A DNA stretch of 64,000 nucleotides from Ylistrum balloti. Its lineage: Eukaryota. Below the pieces are notes generated by a model. That model saw only the letters and a program-made list of their open reading frames with translations, ran no database searches and was not told the DNA's origin. The stretch is from NCBI RefSeq assembly GCF_031769215.1, contig NW_026782232.1, forward strand, positions 1 through 64,000, given 5' to 3'. A program made the translations under genes and the position numbers. The stretch's first letter is position 1, and every line of letters starts with the position of its first letter. Shown here one piece after another: positions 60,656 to 64,000 of the stretch.

Positions 60656-61222
60656 ATACAAGACAAGAAAAATGGAAGCCATGCATATGGGATGGAAAAA
60701 GAGTTAGGACAAAAGTAATAGTAGTTATACATTTGATAAAGGAAGTGATAGGGACACAAGGAAAATAGAAGCCATTCATTTTGGAAAGGGAGAGATCGGG
60801 GAACAAGACAAGAAAAATAGAAGCCATACATTTTGTAAAGGGAGAGAACGGGTGACAGGACAAGGAAAATAGAAGCCATTCATTTTGTAAAGGGAGAGAA
60901 CAGGTGACAGAATAAGAAAAATAGAAGCCATACATTTTGTAAAGGGAGAGAACGGGTGACAGGACAAGAAAAATAGAAGCCATACATTTTGTAAAGGGAG
61001 AGAACGGGTGACAGGACAAGAAAAATAGAAGCCATACATTTTGTAAAGGGAGAGAACGGGTGACAGGACAAGAAAAATAGAAGCCATACATTTGGTAAAG
61101 GGAGAGAACGGGTGACAGGACAAGGAAAATAGAAGCCATTCATTTTGTAAAGGGAGAGAACGGGTGACAGGTAAAGAAGAATGGGAACTATACATTTAGC
61201 AAAGGGAGAAACAGGGAGACAG
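60656..61222. repeat. 52-bp purine-rich minisatellite (8 good copies plus decayed flanks)
   Basis: gacaggacaagaaaaatagaagccatacattttgtaaagggagagaacgggt; explains the minus ORFs at 60489-61227. Confidence 0.95.
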
Positions 61223-61425
61223 GGCAAAGGTCATTGGTCAAGGTCAGTTTTTTTTGTGTAGCTCTTTACTGATGCACTTTTTTGTGATGTCATTATGAAG
61301 AAAATGTTGATAATTAAATAAGATGTCAACTGACTAAAGATCAAGGTCAATGGGTTTAAATGTTGGGTTCAAAGGTCAAGGACAACGTGGATCATGATAA
61401 AACAAGATGTCAAAGGTTAAAGTCA
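61221..61425 (+). promoter_or_regulatory. Cluster of HNF4/RXR-type DR1 motifs in intron 1 of gene 2
   Basis: AGGGCA-A-AGGTCA 61221-61233, TGGTCA-AGGTCA 61235-61246, GGTTCA-A-AGGTCA 61366-61378, ATGTCA-A-AGGTTA near 61407. Confidence 0.3.
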
Positions 61426-61655
61426 TATCATTGTTGGTATAGTGTGTGTTTTGCATAGGGGCTAGTGACAGGGCCCTTGCTGTTCTGTCAGTGTTCAAGT
61501 TGTCATCAATGAGGCTAGCAAATTCCAGATTTTTACATGGAAGTATTAAAAATTTTGTTTCGCAAGGTAGAGAGACAAGAGAAATAGTTTATTGAAATAA
61601 ATAAAAAAATGAATAAAAAAATAATAAAAAAATAGTACAAACTTGTGATAAATCA

Positions 61656-61875
61656 TATATGTTACAGAGTTACAAAGATCAAATATATTACAAATATATA
61701 TTACAAACTTAACATAAATCTAATATGTTACAAAGTTACAAAGATTCAAATATGTTACAAACTTTACAAAGATGAAATATGTTACAATGTTACAAAAATT
61801 CAAATATGTTACAAACTTTACAAAGATGAAATATGTTACAATGGTACAAAGATTCAAATATGTTACAAACTTACA
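61656..61875. repeat. 54-bp (2 x 27) degenerate ATATGTTACA repeat
   Basis: tcaaatatgttacaaactttacaaagatgaaatatgttacaatg(t/g)tacaaa x2 plus decayed copies. Confidence 0.85.
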
Positions 61876-64000
61876 AGATCAGTGGAAGGACAAAAGCTCA
61901 AAAGTCATAATGATCATCATGTCAAAAGTTCACATTGATTATAGATGGTCTAGTGGTATCTTTAGAATAGTTGCTGGGTTAAAAATGAGGTTATTTGTAA
62001 CTCATTGCTGTTAAGTCATAAACAAGAAAGGAAAACAAAATGAAAATGTACATGTTCTGTTACACCATTTTAGAAAGTATCAAGATTCAGTTGGTACATA
62101 TATGAAGCAGGATAGAACATCACTAAAGTAACTATTAGAGAGGCGGAGGCAGGAGAAACGAATGATGTATTTGTAGCAGATGGAAATAATTTTTGGAATG
62201 AAATGTATCTTATCTCACAGCATTAGACAAACTTGATATGTCAATTGTACTGAGCTGCCACATCAGGCTATAATCTTCATTCAAGGTCACATTGTCAGTT
62301 CAATTTTAATGCAAACTAAAAGAAGGTAATTTAAAACAGAAAGGTCAATGAGTGCCTTTGGGTGAGCCCTTTGAGTCGAAGGTTAGCTATCACATGGTAT
62401 AAAGCAGTGTTAAAAGCAGCATTCTCTTTCTGTAACCTCATCTCTAGTGCAATGTCTCTAATCAATTTGTTAGATAATGGAGTTGAAAAAATGAAGTTTA
62501 GGGTTAATTTAAGTGTCAAGGCTTATAATTAAGCTACAGAGACAGAGTCATCAGATAGTAGAATAGCAATTGTCTGTTCACGGCACCACATTGTCCATAG
62601 CACCCAACGACAATCGCCCGTCAATCTCCCTAGCCGTGAAATGCATTTTATTAATGTTTTGGTATCAGATCAATAGACACTGAACTGATATCATGAAAAT
62701 CAATTGCGCATGCTGGGAGCTACATAATCAAATTTACAATATTTACCATCATGTTAGCCCAAAGGTTCTTTGACGGTGAAAAATGATAGTGTTTGCAGAG
62801 TAAATTTTGTATACAGGTACCAGTTGATGACTTGAAGTGCCATATAAAATGATGTAATTTAGTTTTGTTGTTTTTTGTGATCTATATACCAAAGCCTGCA
62901 GATTTTCTTTGTGAAGAGAAAAGACTGCCATTGGTTCAGTCGATTCAACTTCAGATTATAACATAAAGGTAGAGATTTGAACCTGGCAACTGAATGACTG
63001 TATTGGCTCTATAGCTATTATGGTATGTAAATATTTCATAGTCTTTGTTATTATGTACTAGTATTGGTAGTTTCTGCTGGGTATGTATATCAGCCCTCAG
63101 GAATACTCACCATAGTGGAACACAGTCAATCATGGCTCAGGAATCAATAGGACGGTCTGTCATTAAAAATTAATCTTGTCGGTACTATTGATGCTGTGTC
63201 ATCTGAGGTGTGTTGTGTTGTCTATTTCTCACAGTTGTATAATATCAGCAGGCAATGTATTGATACTTAAATGATGTAGTCTCCTTCTCCACACTTAATT
63301 GGTTATTCCTGGGGTGGCTGTTTCCCAGAAGCCGAATACCAGTTTGATGTCAGTGTTCTGATTCAGAAATTGTCAAGGCCAAACTGTCATGTTTATATAT
63401 ACTACATAAAGTTTGTAGCATTTGAGCAGTGTTTCAACATCAAAAGTCATAAATCATATTCTGTTTTCACATTCATTTATCATAGATAAACACTTAAACT
63501 TTAATGTCCTTGTTATATGTTTTCATTTTGCTTTCACTGGATATCAAAGTCACTTTGATTTTTTTTTTACTTCATTATCAAGGCAGATCACTTGTTTACA
63601 TCAAATTGTTTCCATTCCAAGACAGATTTATGCTGACATGATGTTTAAATCTCAAGTTTTAAAGTCTGTTTTCGTTGCATTAGTGGCAATGTCAAGACTT
63701 CAATATCATGATGTTTTAATATCATTGCTGTTAGTATACTGCTGGTTAGATGAGTTTCTTGTTTGTATGATGCCTCTTTGAGAAATTTGTGATCTATACA
63801 GCTTCAATTTCCTTGTCAGTAAATACGGGATATTTAATGGTTTCTGGTTAAATATCAAAAATATTTCAGGAGTTTTGCACTCAAAAGATATTGATCAGTT
63901 TTGTCATACAAGTGAATTATATATTTTACGGGAAACCATAAAGGTTTCTCATTTTTTTTTCAAAATTTTTCAATGGAATATAAAAAAAAATGTTGATCAC

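Noticed and set aside
60489-61227. 216-aa and other minus-strand hydrophobic ORFs
   Set aside because: Translations of the 52-bp minisatellite and a low-complexity flank.
63100-63365. Minus-strand exon ending at donor ATG|GTGAGT near 63107
   Set aside because: No open frame through the candidate and no partner exons.

Overview
AT-rich eukaryotic genomic DNA; intron size, minisatellite load and MITE/TRIM types fit a bivalve mollusc (inference). One complete gene can be rebuilt by hand on the + strand: a 14-coding-exon, 625-aa FRRS1/SDR2-family protein (signal peptide, Reeler, DOMON, cytochrome b561 and C-terminal TM helices; CDS 36721-51935, all introns GT-AG, phases consistent). It has lost the DOMON haem-ligand Met (Trp274) and the fourth cytochrome b561 haem His (Tyr511), plus two typical Reeler His, yet the ORF is intact, so it may be a pseudo-reductase or have altered haem chemistry. 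A splice acceptor 16 nt before the ATG requires an upstream non-coding exon; several candidates lie in the 21 kb upstream, the farthest at a probable bidirectional CpG promoter (14.6-15.7 kb). The signal-peptide exon of a second + strand gene (57155-57248) has a uORF-rich leader. The rest is intron or intergenic DNA with more than a dozen minisatellites (one apparently seeded by an exon-intron junction, one CpG-rich with internal inversions), MITEs, and tRNA-containing TRIM-type LTR elements. No rRNA, functional tRNA or CRISPR array. All calls were made by eye, without database searches.
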